The notes below the pieces were generated by a model. It was not told the origin of the DNA, searched no databases, and saw only the letters and a list, made by a program, of their open reading frames with translations. The position numbers and the translations under genes were made by a program. Below are positions 36,247 through 44,797 of a DNA stretch of 64,000 bases, in pieces. Within the stretch, counting starts at the first letter, position 1; the number at the start of each line of letters is the position of its first letter. The DNA is from Bacteroidia bacterium (GTDB lineage: Bacteria > Bacteroidota > Bacteroidia > Bacteroidales > Paludibacteraceae), in contig RZYM01000008.1 in the NCBI GenBank assembly GCA_009930305.1, positions 10,817-74,816 of the forward strand. Direction: 5' to 3'.

Positions 36247-37266
36247 ATGAAGGATAAGATAAACAGCCTGTTACAGGAAATAAAAAATTTGTCACCGACA
36301 AATGAAGAAGATGTAGAACAACTACGTATCAAATATCTTAGCAAAAAAGGTGAAATATCTTTATTGTTTAATGATTTCAAAAACGTAGCTGGCGAAGAAA
36401 AACGCATAATTGGTCAGATGCTCAATCAGTTAAAAGATACAGCACAAACCAGATTCAATGAAATGAAAGAGACTTACGAAAATGCCGCTTCAAAAAACGA
36501 CGAAATTGATTTGACTCGTACTGCATCTGCTATTGAATTAGGTACAAGACATCCATTGTCAATTGTTAGAAACGAAATTATAGATATCTTTTCTCGTATT
36601 GGATTTATCATAGCAGAAGGTCCTGAAATAGAAGACGATTGGCATGTATTTGGTGCTTTGAATTTTCCACCCGAGCATCCGGCACGCGATATGCAAGACA
36701 CATTCTTTATAGAAAAGAATCCTGATATTTTATTGCGTACACATACTTCGAGTGTTCAATCTCATGTTATGACAACACAGAAACCTCCTATCAGAGTATT
36801 GTGTCCGGGACGTGTTTATCGTAATGAAGCAATTTCATATAGAGCACATTGCTTCTTCCATCAGATAGAAGGTTTGTATATTGACAAAAATGTTTCTTTT
36901 GCTGATTTAAAACAAGCATTGCTGTATTTTGCAAAAGAAATGTTTGGTGAAGATACTCAAATAAGACTACGCCCTTCGTATTTTCCATTCACTGAACCGA
37001 GTGCTGAAATGGATATATCTTGTGATTTGTGCGGCGGGAAAGGATGTAATTTCTGTAAACACACCGGTTGGGTAGAAATATTGGGTTGCGGTATGGTAGA
37101 TCCTAATGTATTGGAAGCATGTGGAATTGATTCTAAAGTTTACACCGGATATGCATTCGGAATGGGAGTTGAACGTATTACAAATTTAAAATTCAAAATT
37201 AAAGATTTACGTATGTTCTCAGAAAATGACGTACGTTTTTTAAGACAATTTGAATCATCACTTTAA
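36247..37266 (+). CDS. pheS: phenylalanine--tRNA ligase alpha subunit
   Basis: 339 aa. Class II aaRS motifs (..HPARDMQDTF.., ..FPFTEPSAEMD.., GFAFGMGVERI). Confidence 0.93.
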   Translation: MKDKINSLLQEIKNLSPTNEEDVEQLRIKYLSKKGEISLLFNDFKNVAGEEKRIIGQMLNQLKDTAQTRFNEMKETYENAASKNDEIDLTRTASAIELGTRHPLSIVRNEIIDIFSRIGFIIAEGPEIEDDWHVFGALNFPPEHPARDMQDTFFIEKNPDILLRTHTSSVQSHVMTTQKPPIRVLCPGRVYRNEAISYRAHCFFHQIEGLYIDKNVSFADLKQALLYFAKEMFGEDTQIRLRPSYFPFTEPSAEMDISCDLCGGKGCNFCKHTGWVEILGCGMVDPNVLEACGIDSKVYTGYAFGMGVERITNLKFKIKDLRMFSENDVRFLRQFESSL

Positions 37267-37274
37267 ATCGATTT

Positions 37275-39692
37275 ATGAAAGACAAAAATAAACACTTATA
37301 TATTGGTACAATTGGCAACGAAGAAGAATCAGGATTCATTCCAATGCTAGCTGACGAAAATGACAACTACCAGCTATCACTAAATGAAGATTCACCATTG
37401 CCGATATTAACACTGAGAAATATTGTTTTATTTCCCGGTGTTGTTATGCCTGTGAGTGTTGGTAGAAAAAAATCATTACGTTTAATTCGCGAAATATACA
37501 AGAAAAACGGAATTATTGGTGCAGTTGCGCAAAAAGATAAGAATGTTGACGAACCCGGTAAGAATGACATCTTTTCGGTTGGAACGATAGCACAAATTGT
37601 TCGTATTTTAGAAATGCCTGACAATTCGACTACTGTCATTCTACAAGGTAGAGCTCGTTTTTCAATATCGGAAGTAATAACAGAGAATCCATATATTAAG
37701 GCAAAAATTAAATTACTTAATGAAGACAAAACGGTTCCTAAAAATAAAGATTTCAAAGCATTAATTGAAGCTATAAAAGATGCTGCAGCACGTGTAATAC
37801 GAATGTCAAGTAATCTGCCTCAAGAAGTATTATTTGCAATACGCAACATTGAGAGCACAGAATATTTCATCAATTTTATAAGCGCAAATCTAAACTTAGG
37901 ATTAGAAGACAAGCAAAATTTGCTTGAAACTGAAATTTTAGAAAAGCGTGCATCTGTATTAATGCAAATATTAACCAGAGAATCGCAGTTGCTGGAGATG
38001 AAAGCCTCTATTCAAGATAAGGCTATGGAAAATATAGACAAGCAACAGCGCGAATACTTTTTACAGCAGCAATTAAAAACTATACAAAACGAATTAGGCG
38101 GCTCTGTTCAAGAAAAAGACATGAGCTTGATTCGCAAAAAAGCAGAAACAAAAAAATGGGATGAAAATACAAAACAATTTGTCATGAAAGAAATAGACAA
38201 AATGGAATCTTCATCACCTCACTCTGCCGATTATCCTGTACAAATGAATTTTGTGCAAACTTTAGTTGATTTGCCTTGGGGTGAATACACAAAAGACAAC
38301 TTTAATCTAAAGCGAGTACAACGCATCTTAGATAGAGATCATTTTGGACTTGATGATGTAAAAGACCGCATTATTGAGCATTTAGCCGTTTTAAAACTAA
38401 AAGGCAATTTAAAATCACCAATAATTTGTTTATATGGCCCTCCCGGAGTTGGAAAAACCTCTTTAGGAAAATCTGTAGCCGAAGCATTAGGTCGAAAATA
38501 CGCACGTATATCACTTGGAGGTTTGCGAGATGAAGCTGAAATACGTGGACACAGACGCACTTATATAGGAGCAATGCCAGGTCGTATAATTCAAAATATA
38601 CTGAAAGCTAATTCGTCAAACCCTGTATTCATATTAGATGAAATTGACAAAGTTGGCAATGATTATAAAGGCGATCCTGCATCAGCTTTACTAGAAGTTC
38701 TTGACCCTGAACAAAATAACACATTTCATGATAATTTCATAGATATTGATTACGATTTATCTAAAATTCTATTCATAGCAACAGCTAACGACTTGAATAC
38801 CGTTTCGCCGGCTTTGTTAGATAGAATGGAATTAATAAATATAAGTGGTTACATCACCGAAGAGAAAATAGAAATCGCAAGCAAGCATCTTATTCCTAAA
38901 GAATGGGACAATCATGGAATTCCTGCAAAAAAAGTATCTATAAGTAAAAAAGCTATAGAAGCTATTATTGAGAATTACACACGCGAATCAGGAGTTCGTA
39001 ATTTGGATAAACAAATAGCTAAAATTGCCAGAAAAATAGCAAAGAAGATAGCTTCAGACGAACAAGTTGATCCTATTATTGGAGAGAATCACCTACATGA
39101 ATACTTAGGTACAGCTCCTTACGATAGAGATAAACAAGATAATAAAGAAGAAATAGGTATCGTAACAGGCTTGGCATGGACGTCGGTTGGAGGCGAAATT
39201 CTGGAAATAGAAACCAGTCTGAGTAAAAGTAAAGGAGAAAAACTAACATTAACAGGTAATCTGGGAGATGTAATGAAAGAATCTGCTACTCTCGGATTAG
39301 GTTATATTAAAGCTCATGCTTCCGAATTAGGCATAAACGAAGATTTCTTTGAGAATACTCAAATACACATACATGTACCGGAAGGTGCTATCCCAAAGGA
39401 TGGACCATCTGCAGGAGTAACTATGGCTACAAGTTTACTATCTGCAATAACAGGCAAACGCGTTCGCAAGCATATTGCTATGACAGGAGAGATTACTCTA
39501 CATGGAAAAGTTCTACCTGTTGGGGGTATAAAAGAAAAAATTTTAGCAGCTAAACGTGCCGGAGTAACCAACATTATTATGTGCAAGGATAATAAAAAAA
39601 ATATTGAAGAAATCAAAGACATATACGTAAATGGACTTACATTTCACTACGTTAAAAACATACAAGAAGTCTTTGAACTCGCTTTGATATGA
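37275..39692 (+). CDS. lon: ATP-dependent Lon protease (endopeptidase La)
   Basis: 805 aa. Walker A GPPGVGKTS, sensor regions, and protease Ser motif PKDGPSAGVTM. Confidence 0.93.
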   Translation: MKDKNKHLYIGTIGNEEESGFIPMLADENDNYQLSLNEDSPLPILTLRNIVLFPGVVMPVSVGRKKSLRLIREIYKKNGIIGAVAQKDKNVDEPGKNDIFSVGTIAQIVRILEMPDNSTTVILQGRARFSISEVITENPYIKAKIKLLNEDKTVPKNKDFKALIEAIKDAAARVIRMSSNLPQEVLFAIRNIESTEYFINFISANLNLGLEDKQNLLETEILEKRASVLMQILTRESQLLEMKASIQDKAMENIDKQQREYFLQQQLKTIQNELGGSVQEKDMSLIRKKAETKKWDENTKQFVMKEIDKMESSSPHSADYPVQMNFVQTLVDLPWGEYTKDNFNLKRVQRILDRDHFGLDDVKDRIIEHLAVLKLKGNLKSPIICLYGPPGVGKTSLGKSVAEALGRKYARISLGGLRDEAEIRGHRRTYIGAMPGRIIQNILKANSSNPVFILDEIDKVGNDYKGDPASALLEVLDPEQNNTFHDNFIDIDYDLSKILFIATANDLNTVSPALLDRMELINISGYITEEKIEIASKHLIPKEWDNHGIPAKKVSISKKAIEAIIENYTRESGVRNLDKQIAKIARKIAKKIASDEQVDPIIGENHLHEYLGTAPYDRDKQDNKEEIGIVTGLAWTSVGGEILEIETSLSKSKGEKLTLTGNLGDVMKESATLGLGYIKAHASELGINEDFFENTQIHIHVPEGAIPKDGPSAGVTMATSLLSAITGKRVRKHIAMTGEITLHGKVLPVGGIKEKILAAKRAGVTNIIMCKDNKKNIEEIKDIYVNGLTFHYVKNIQEVFELALI

Positions 39693-41620
39693 AAAAACTA
39701 CTATACGTATTAGCATTTCTCTTTACAGCTACCACAAGTATGGCTCAGCTTAACACGCAACGCCTACTTGACATAGGTAGAAATGCTTTATATTTTGAAG
39801 ATTATGTTGTAGCAATACAATATTTTAATCAGGTAATTAAAGCAAAGCCCTATCTAACAGACCCTTATTTATACAGAGCTTTTGCTAAATTAAACTTAGA
39901 AGACTACAGAGGATCCATATCAGATTGCGATAAAGCATTAGAGATAAATCCTTTTTTACCTAAAGTATACTATTGTAGAGGATATGCGTATCGTCAGATA
40001 GGCACGCTTGAAGCTTCAACCGACGATTTTAAAGCATCACTAAAACTTGAACCCGACAACATAAATACAACCAACCTGCTTATTGAGAACCTAATTCGCC
40101 AAAAACTCTTAGATGAGGCTCTATCTCAATGTGATAGTTTCTTGATAAAATATCCAAGATATACTGAAACGTATTTATTAAGATCTCAAATATATTTAGA
40201 GAAAGGAGACACCATAAAAGCGTCAAGCGATTTAGACGCGGCTATAAGCATCAATACGGACAATGATTTGGCACATGCATTTAGAGCAATGCTACGATAC
40301 GAGCAAAAGAAATACAAAGAAAGTATTGAAGATATGAATGATGCAATACGTATTAACTCATTTAGGTCAGACTACTTTGGAAATCGCGCTATCATACGCA
40401 TGCAGACAAAAGATTTGCGAGGTGCCATGAACGATTTTGACGCAGCCATCGAGATTGATAATAAAAATGTTTCTGTTTATTTTAATAGAGGCATATTGCG
40501 CTCGCAAGTTGGTGATGATAATTATGCAATTGATGACTTTACAAAATGTATAGCACTTGATCCTAGTAATTACACAGCTTACTTACAAAGAGCATACTTG
40601 CGTAATACAACAGGCGATTTGAAAGGATCTATATCAGATTTCACTAAGGTTATAGAACGTTACCCCGATTTTGTAGTTGCATACTATGGACGTAGTGAAG
40701 TAAAAAAGAAAATGCGTGATCAATTAGGTGCAGAACGAGATTATTACACTGCATTAAACATTGAAAATGAAATAAAGAGTGGAAAAAGAAAACAGAAGAC
40801 CGGTAAAGAGGCTGAAGAACTTCCAACTGCAGAAAGTCGCGCAATTGTACAACAATTAAACAAAAAACAAAACGACCGTTACAAAAGCGATATTCGCGGA
40901 CAAGTTCAGTATAAAGATATTGATATAGAACCATTAAGCAATTTCGTTATAGGAATACCATCTTCAGATTTAGAAATTCAGCGTAAAACACTCTTCAATA
41001 AGCAATTAGATGATTACAATAAACGTCAAGGCAGAAAAGTACAGTTTTGTATTAAAGAAAAAGAAGTTGATTCTGCTATGCTCGAAGAATATTTTAAAGC
41101 AATTGATAATGCTAATAATATACTGAGCAAAGATAGTCTTAATGAGTCTGCGCTCATGGAAAGAGCTTATTGCCTATCTAAAGTTCAAGATTATGTAAGC
41201 GCACTGAAAGATTTTGATAGAGTTTTACCATATCATCCGAATAATGTTCTTGCTTATTTTAACCGAGGCAATGCCAGACTAAAAGCAATCAAAGAAAATA
41301 ATTTTGAAAACAATGTTCCACTTTCCGAATACACAATGGCAGTCAGCGATTTTATGATGGCTGCAAAAATTGATCCTACATTTATTTATGCCTTATATAA
41401 TGCAGGATACGTTTATATGCAAGAAAAAAGTTTTCAAAAAGCTATTGAATGCTATAATAATGCTATAAACATTTACCCCGAATTTGCAGAAGCATACTAC
41501 AATAGAGGACTGATATATTTATTTCAGGGAGATAAGGCAAAAGGTCGAGCAGACCTATCAAAAGCAGGAGAATTAGGAATACACGGAGCATACAATGTGA
41601 TACGAAGATATGCATACTAA
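39689..41620 (+). CDS. secreted tetratricopeptide (TPR) repeat protein
   Basis: 643 aa. Signal peptide ..TTSMAQ. Many 34-aa TPR units (..A..Y..AI..NP..A.AY.NRG..) split by a Lys-rich linker. ATGA overlap with the lon stop. Confidence 0.8.
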   Translation: MKKLLYVLAFLFTATTSMAQLNTQRLLDIGRNALYFEDYVVAIQYFNQVIKAKPYLTDPYLYRAFAKLNLEDYRGSISDCDKALEINPFLPKVYYCRGYAYRQIGTLEASTDDFKASLKLEPDNINTTNLLIENLIRQKLLDEALSQCDSFLIKYPRYTETYLLRSQIYLEKGDTIKASSDLDAAISINTDNDLAHAFRAMLRYEQKKYKESIEDMNDAIRINSFRSDYFGNRAIIRMQTKDLRGAMNDFDAAIEIDNKNVSVYFNRGILRSQVGDDNYAIDDFTKCIALDPSNYTAYLQRAYLRNTTGDLKGSISDFTKVIERYPDFVVAYYGRSEVKKKMRDQLGAERDYYTALNIENEIKSGKRKQKTGKEAEELPTAESRAIVQQLNKKQNDRYKSDIRGQVQYKDIDIEPLSNFVIGIPSSDLEIQRKTLFNKQLDDYNKRQGRKVQFCIKEKEVDSAMLEEYFKAIDNANNILSKDSLNESALMERAYCLSKVQDYVSALKDFDRVLPYHPNNVLAYFNRGNARLKAIKENNFENNVPLSEYTMAVSDFMMAAKIDPTFIYALYNAGYVYMQEKSFQKAIECYNNAINIYPEFAEAYYNRGLIYLFQGDKAKGRADLSKAGELGIHGAYNVIRRYAY

Positions 41621-41649
41621 AAACATTTTGCCGATTCCAAATTTCTTGC

Positions 41650-41657
41650 TACTTTTG
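41650..41657 (+). promoter_or_regulatory. -7 element TActTTTG for the NifU-like/GGGtGRT unit
   Basis: tacttttg lies 42 nt upstream of ATG 41700. Confidence 0.5.
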
Positions 41658-41699
41658 TTGGCTTAAAGAATTTTTTTAACAATATAATATAAAAGAAGT

Positions 41700-42401
41700 A
41701 TGGTTTATTCACATGAAATAGAACACATGTGTGTTGTAAAGAAAGGGCCTAACCATGGTCCGGCTCCCATCCCAGAAGAAGGTAAATGGGTAAAAGCCAA
41801 AGAAATAAAGGATATTTCAGGCTTAACACACGGTATCGGTTGGTGTGCTCCTCAACAAGGCGCATGTAAACTAACATTAAACGTTAAAGAAGGCGTTATT
41901 CAAGAAGCATTAGTTGAGACTATCGGTTGTTCTGGTATGACTCATTCTGCTGCTATGGCATCTGAAATTCTTCCGGGAAAAACTATTTTGGAAGCATTAA
42001 ACACAGACTTAGTTTGCGATGCTATAAATACTGCAATGCGTGAACTATTCTTACAAATAGTTTATGGTCGTACTCAATCTGCTTTCTCTGAAGGAGGTTT
42101 GATTATTGGTGCAGGTTTAGAAGACCTTGGTAAAGGCTTACGTTCACAAGTAGGTACTCTTTATGGAACATTAGCAAAAGGAACTCGTTATTTGGAAATG
42201 GCAGAAGGATATATCAAAACCTTAGCTCTTGACAAAAACGACGAAGTATGTGGCTACGAATTCGTACACATGGGCAAATTTATGGACGAAATCAAGAAGG
42301 GAACAGATGCTAACGAAGCTTTGAAAAAAGTAACAGGAACCTACGGCCGCTTCACTACAGAACAAGGTGCAGTTAAATATATTGACCCACGTAAAGAATA
42401 A
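41700..42401 (+). CDS. NifU/IscU-N-like iron-sulfur scaffold-like protein with ~100-aa C-terminal extension
   Basis: 233 aa. IscU-like spacing of Cys-containing motifs (GIGWCAPQQGACKLTL; ETIGCSGMTHSAAMASEILPGKTILEAL; DLVCDAI). The C-terminal half has no motif I recognise. Confidence 0.7.
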   Translation: MVYSHEIEHMCVVKKGPNHGPAPIPEEGKWVKAKEIKDISGLTHGIGWCAPQQGACKLTLNVKEGVIQEALVETIGCSGMTHSAAMASEILPGKTILEALNTDLVCDAINTAMRELFLQIVYGRTQSAFSEGGLIIGAGLEDLGKGLRSQVGTLYGTLAKGTRYLEMAEGYIKTLALDKNDEVCGYEFVHMGKFMDEIKKGTDANEALKKVTGTYGRFTTEQGAVKYIDPRKE

Positions 42402-42406
42402 GGAGG
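42401..42406 (+). promoter_or_regulatory. canonical Shine-Dalgarno AGGAGG, 7-nt spacer to ATG
   Basis: Sequence reads taAGGAGG-aaagaca-ATG. The first A is the last base of the upstream stop codon. Confidence 0.5.
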
Positions 42407-42413
42407 AAAGACA

Positions 42414-43427
42414 ATGGCAATAAGAGAAGTAAAATTTGAGAGTCAAGACCGCCGCATTAAAGAAGTAATAGCTGCTTTAAATGCGAACGGCATTAAAGAT
42501 ATCGAAGAAGCAAACGCTATATGCGATGCAGCCGGAATCGATCCTTATAAAACATGTGAAGAAACACAACCTATCTGCTTTGAAAATGCAAAATGGGCAT
42601 ACGTTGTTGGCGCAGCAATTGCTATCAAAAAAGGATGCAAAAATGCAGCAGAAGCAGCAGAAGCAATCGGTATTGGTTTGCAATCATTTTGCATCCCGGG
42701 TTCAGTTGCTGACGATCGTAAAGTAGGTATCGGACATGGTAACCTTGCAGCTCGTTTATTACGTGAAGAGACAAAATGTTTCGCGTTCTTAGCAGGACAC
42801 GAGTCTTTTGCAGCTGCTGAAGGAGCTATCAAAATTGCAGCTAAAGCTGACAAAGTTCGTAAAGAACCATTACGTTGTATCTTAAACGGACTAGGAAAAG
42901 ATGCTGCACAAATCATATCAAGAATCAATGGATTTACATACGTTCAAACTCAATTTGATTATTATACAGGAGAGTTAACAATAGTACGTGAAATCGCATA
43001 TTCTGATGGTGCACGCGCAAAAGTAAAATGCTATGGTGCTGACGATGTTCGCGAAGGTGTTGCTATTATGTGGAAAGAAGGAGTTGACGTTTCTATAACA
43101 GGAAACTCAACCAACCCTACTCGTTTTCAACATCCGGTAGCTGGTACATATAAGAAAGAACGTATCTTAGCCGGTAAACCATATTTTTCAGTAGCTTCAG
43201 GTGGTGGTACCGGTCGTACACTTCACCCTGATAATATGGCAGCAGGACCTGCATCTTATGGTATGACAGATACATTGGGACGCATGCACTCTGATGCTCA
43301 ATTCGCCGGTTCTTCATCTGTTCCTGCGCACGTAGAAATGATGGGATTCCTTGGAATTGGTAACAACCCTATGGTAGGTTGTACTGTAGCTGTTGCAGTA
43401 GATGTTGCAACTGTTTTGAATAAATAA
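42414..43427 (+). CDS. GGGtGRT family protein (function unknown)
   Basis: 337 aa. Contains the exact signature FSVASGGGTGRTLHPDNMAAGPASYGMTD. Ala/Gly-rich and several conserved-looking Cys. Follows the NifU-like gene after a 12-nt gap. Confidence 0.75.
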   Translation: MAIREVKFESQDRRIKEVIAALNANGIKDIEEANAICDAAGIDPYKTCEETQPICFENAKWAYVVGAAIAIKKGCKNAAEAAEAIGIGLQSFCIPGSVADDRKVGIGHGNLAARLLREETKCFAFLAGHESFAAAEGAIKIAAKADKVRKEPLRCILNGLGKDAAQIISRINGFTYVQTQFDYYTGELTIVREIAYSDGARAKVKCYGADDVREGVAIMWKEGVDVSITGNSTNPTRFQHPVAGTYKKERILAGKPYFSVASGGGTGRTLHPDNMAAGPASYGMTDTLGRMHSDAQFAGSSSVPAHVEMMGFLGIGNNPMVGCTVAVAVDVATVLNK

Positions 43428-43450
43428 GAAATAATCTTATAATACAATAA

Positions 43451-43482
43451 AAAAGACTCTCATTGCTTAGTGAGAGTCTTTT
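43451..43482. terminator. strong bidirectional intrinsic terminator
   Basis: 12-bp stem aaaagactctca/tgagagtctttt with an 8-nt loop. A-run upstream and T-run downstream. Lies between convergent stops at 43427 and 43497. Confidence 0.8.
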
Positions 43483-43496
43483 CTATTGCCATTACA

Positions 43497-44015
43497 TCAT
43501 TTGTTCTTTTCTATATCTTCCCATTTGGAATACTGTTCGGGAGTAAATATTTTCTTATATTGCTTAGCACATTTCTCTTTTAATCTTCCTATTTCTGTCT
43601 CTGAGGTTTTTTGCTTAGATTTTGGATCATCTCCTCCTGAAATTGAAGGTCTTCCCCCATTTGATGGTGGCATTCCCATATTATCACTAAGTCCTCCTGG
43701 AGATGCCATACCGGGTCCACCCATACCGCCGCTATATCCTCCTTTTGGCTTTCTATCTTCAAATCTTTGAAATTCTTTCTGTAGATACTTATAAATTTTC
43801 TCTGATTGTTCATCTGTCAACATCAAACTCTTTTTTAAACGCATTGATTCTTGCGATGCCATAGTTTTTGCATCAAAATCCTTATCATTAAAAAATATTC
43901 GAATATCTTCTTTTTTCTTATTAGTATTTTGCGCATACTCATCCAAACTCATTTCCTGAGCATTTACTGATAAACAAAATATCGCACTAAAAGCAATTAA
44001 AAATAACCATCTCAT
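43497..44015 (-). CDS. secreted LTXXQ-like (Spy/CpxP-like, possibly DUF4890) protein with Gly/Pro/Met-rich linker
   Basis: 172 aa. Signal peptide ..CLSVNAQ. Two helical segments with LTDEQSEKIY and FTPEQYSKWE motifs separated by GGYSGGMGGPGMASPGGLSDNMGMPPSNGGRPSISGG. Confidence 0.65.
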   Translation of the reverse strand: MRWLFLIAFSAIFCLSVNAQEMSLDEYAQNTNKKKEDIRIFFNDKDFDAKTMASQESMRLKKSLMLTDEQSEKIYKYLQKEFQRFEDRKPKGGYSGGMGGPGMASPGGLSDNMGMPPSNGGRPSISGGDDPKSKQKTSETEIGRLKEKCAKQYKKIFTPEQYSKWEDIEKNK

Positions 44016-44018
44016 AAA

Positions 44019-44549
44019 TTAATCGTTTTTATTTGTTAATAAATTAATTAGTCCATTAGACTTGATTTTAGCAAACTCAAACTCGAAGTTTGGTGTAAAA
44101 ACAGACATACCTAATTTTGATTCAATTTCTTCTATTGTCCAAAATCTACCTTCACATATTTCAGTCGAATCCGGTTTAATCAATCCTTCATAAATGGTGT
44201 AAAAGCTATTAACTAATTCATATTCTCTAGTTGAACGAAAAGTATAAGAGAATATTTTTTGAGCATCAAAATCAACAATACTTAATTCTTCTCGCACTTC
44301 TCTAATCAAAGCCTCATTAACAGTTTCACCATAATCAATATGACCTCCTACAGACGTATCCCATTTGCCAGGTTGAATATCTTTTGTCTGCGCTCGTTTT
44401 TGCAAATACAATCTGCCTTTGCTATCAAAAATATGAAGATGAACTACCGGGTGAAGCAAAAAACTTCCACCGTGGCAATATTTACGCGTTTCCATGCCAA
44501 TTACAAGTCCACTTTCGTCTACTATTGGAAAATACTCATCTGACATCAT
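44019..44549 (-). CDS. NUDIX hydrolase
   Basis: 176 aa. Nudix box GGHIDYGETVNEALIREVREELSI. Confidence 0.85.
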   Translation of the reverse strand: MMSDEYFPIVDESGLVIGMETRKYCHGGSFLLHPVVHLHIFDSKGRLYLQKRAQTKDIQPGKWDTSVGGHIDYGETVNEALIREVREELSIVDFDAQKIFSYTFRSTREYELVNSFYTIYEGLIKPDSTEICEGRFWTIEEIESKLGMSVFTPNFEFEFAKIKSNGLINLLTNKND

Positions 44550-44776
44550 TTTACTTTTACATAAATTTTATACTCAATACTACCAGTATACAATTTTAAA
44601 AATCTAATATTTCACGACAAATCATTATTTTGTTTAATTATTAAACGACTAATATTACTAAAAATATAAGCATTACTATTCTTGCCATAATATACTAATA
44701 AAAACAAAAGTGATACAAAGGTAAACAATTCAAGACTTTTAGCAATCTAAAATATTATGATTTAAGCAAATATTAT

Positions 44777-44784
44777 TACCTTTG
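44777..44784 (+). promoter_or_regulatory. -7 element TAccTTTG for the DUF5686 gene
   Basis: tacctttg lies only 13 nt upstream of ATG 44798, implying a very short leader. Confidence 0.45.
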
Positions 44785-44797
44785 CGCCTTAAAACAA

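Noticed and set aside
37367-37756. 129-aa minus-strand ORF (and 38339-38574, 39359-39622) inside lon
   Set aside because: These are antisense to Lon, which has intact Walker A and protease motifs. They have no independent signals.
42477-42928. ORFs antisense or out of frame within the GGGtGRT gene (42477-42683 -, 42481-42726 +, 42545-42928 -)
   Set aside because: The + strand frame carrying the GGGTGRT signature is continuous, motif-bearing and has an SD and ATG. The others are Ala/Cys/Phe-rich shadows caused by the GCN-rich coding frame.
43486-43770. 94-aa + strand Pro-rich ORF opposite the LTXXQ-like gene
   Set aside because: The minus-strand frame has a proper signal peptide, helical motifs and correct placement relative to the bidirectional terminator. 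The + frame starts inside the terminator tail and is the mirror of the Gly/Pro linker.
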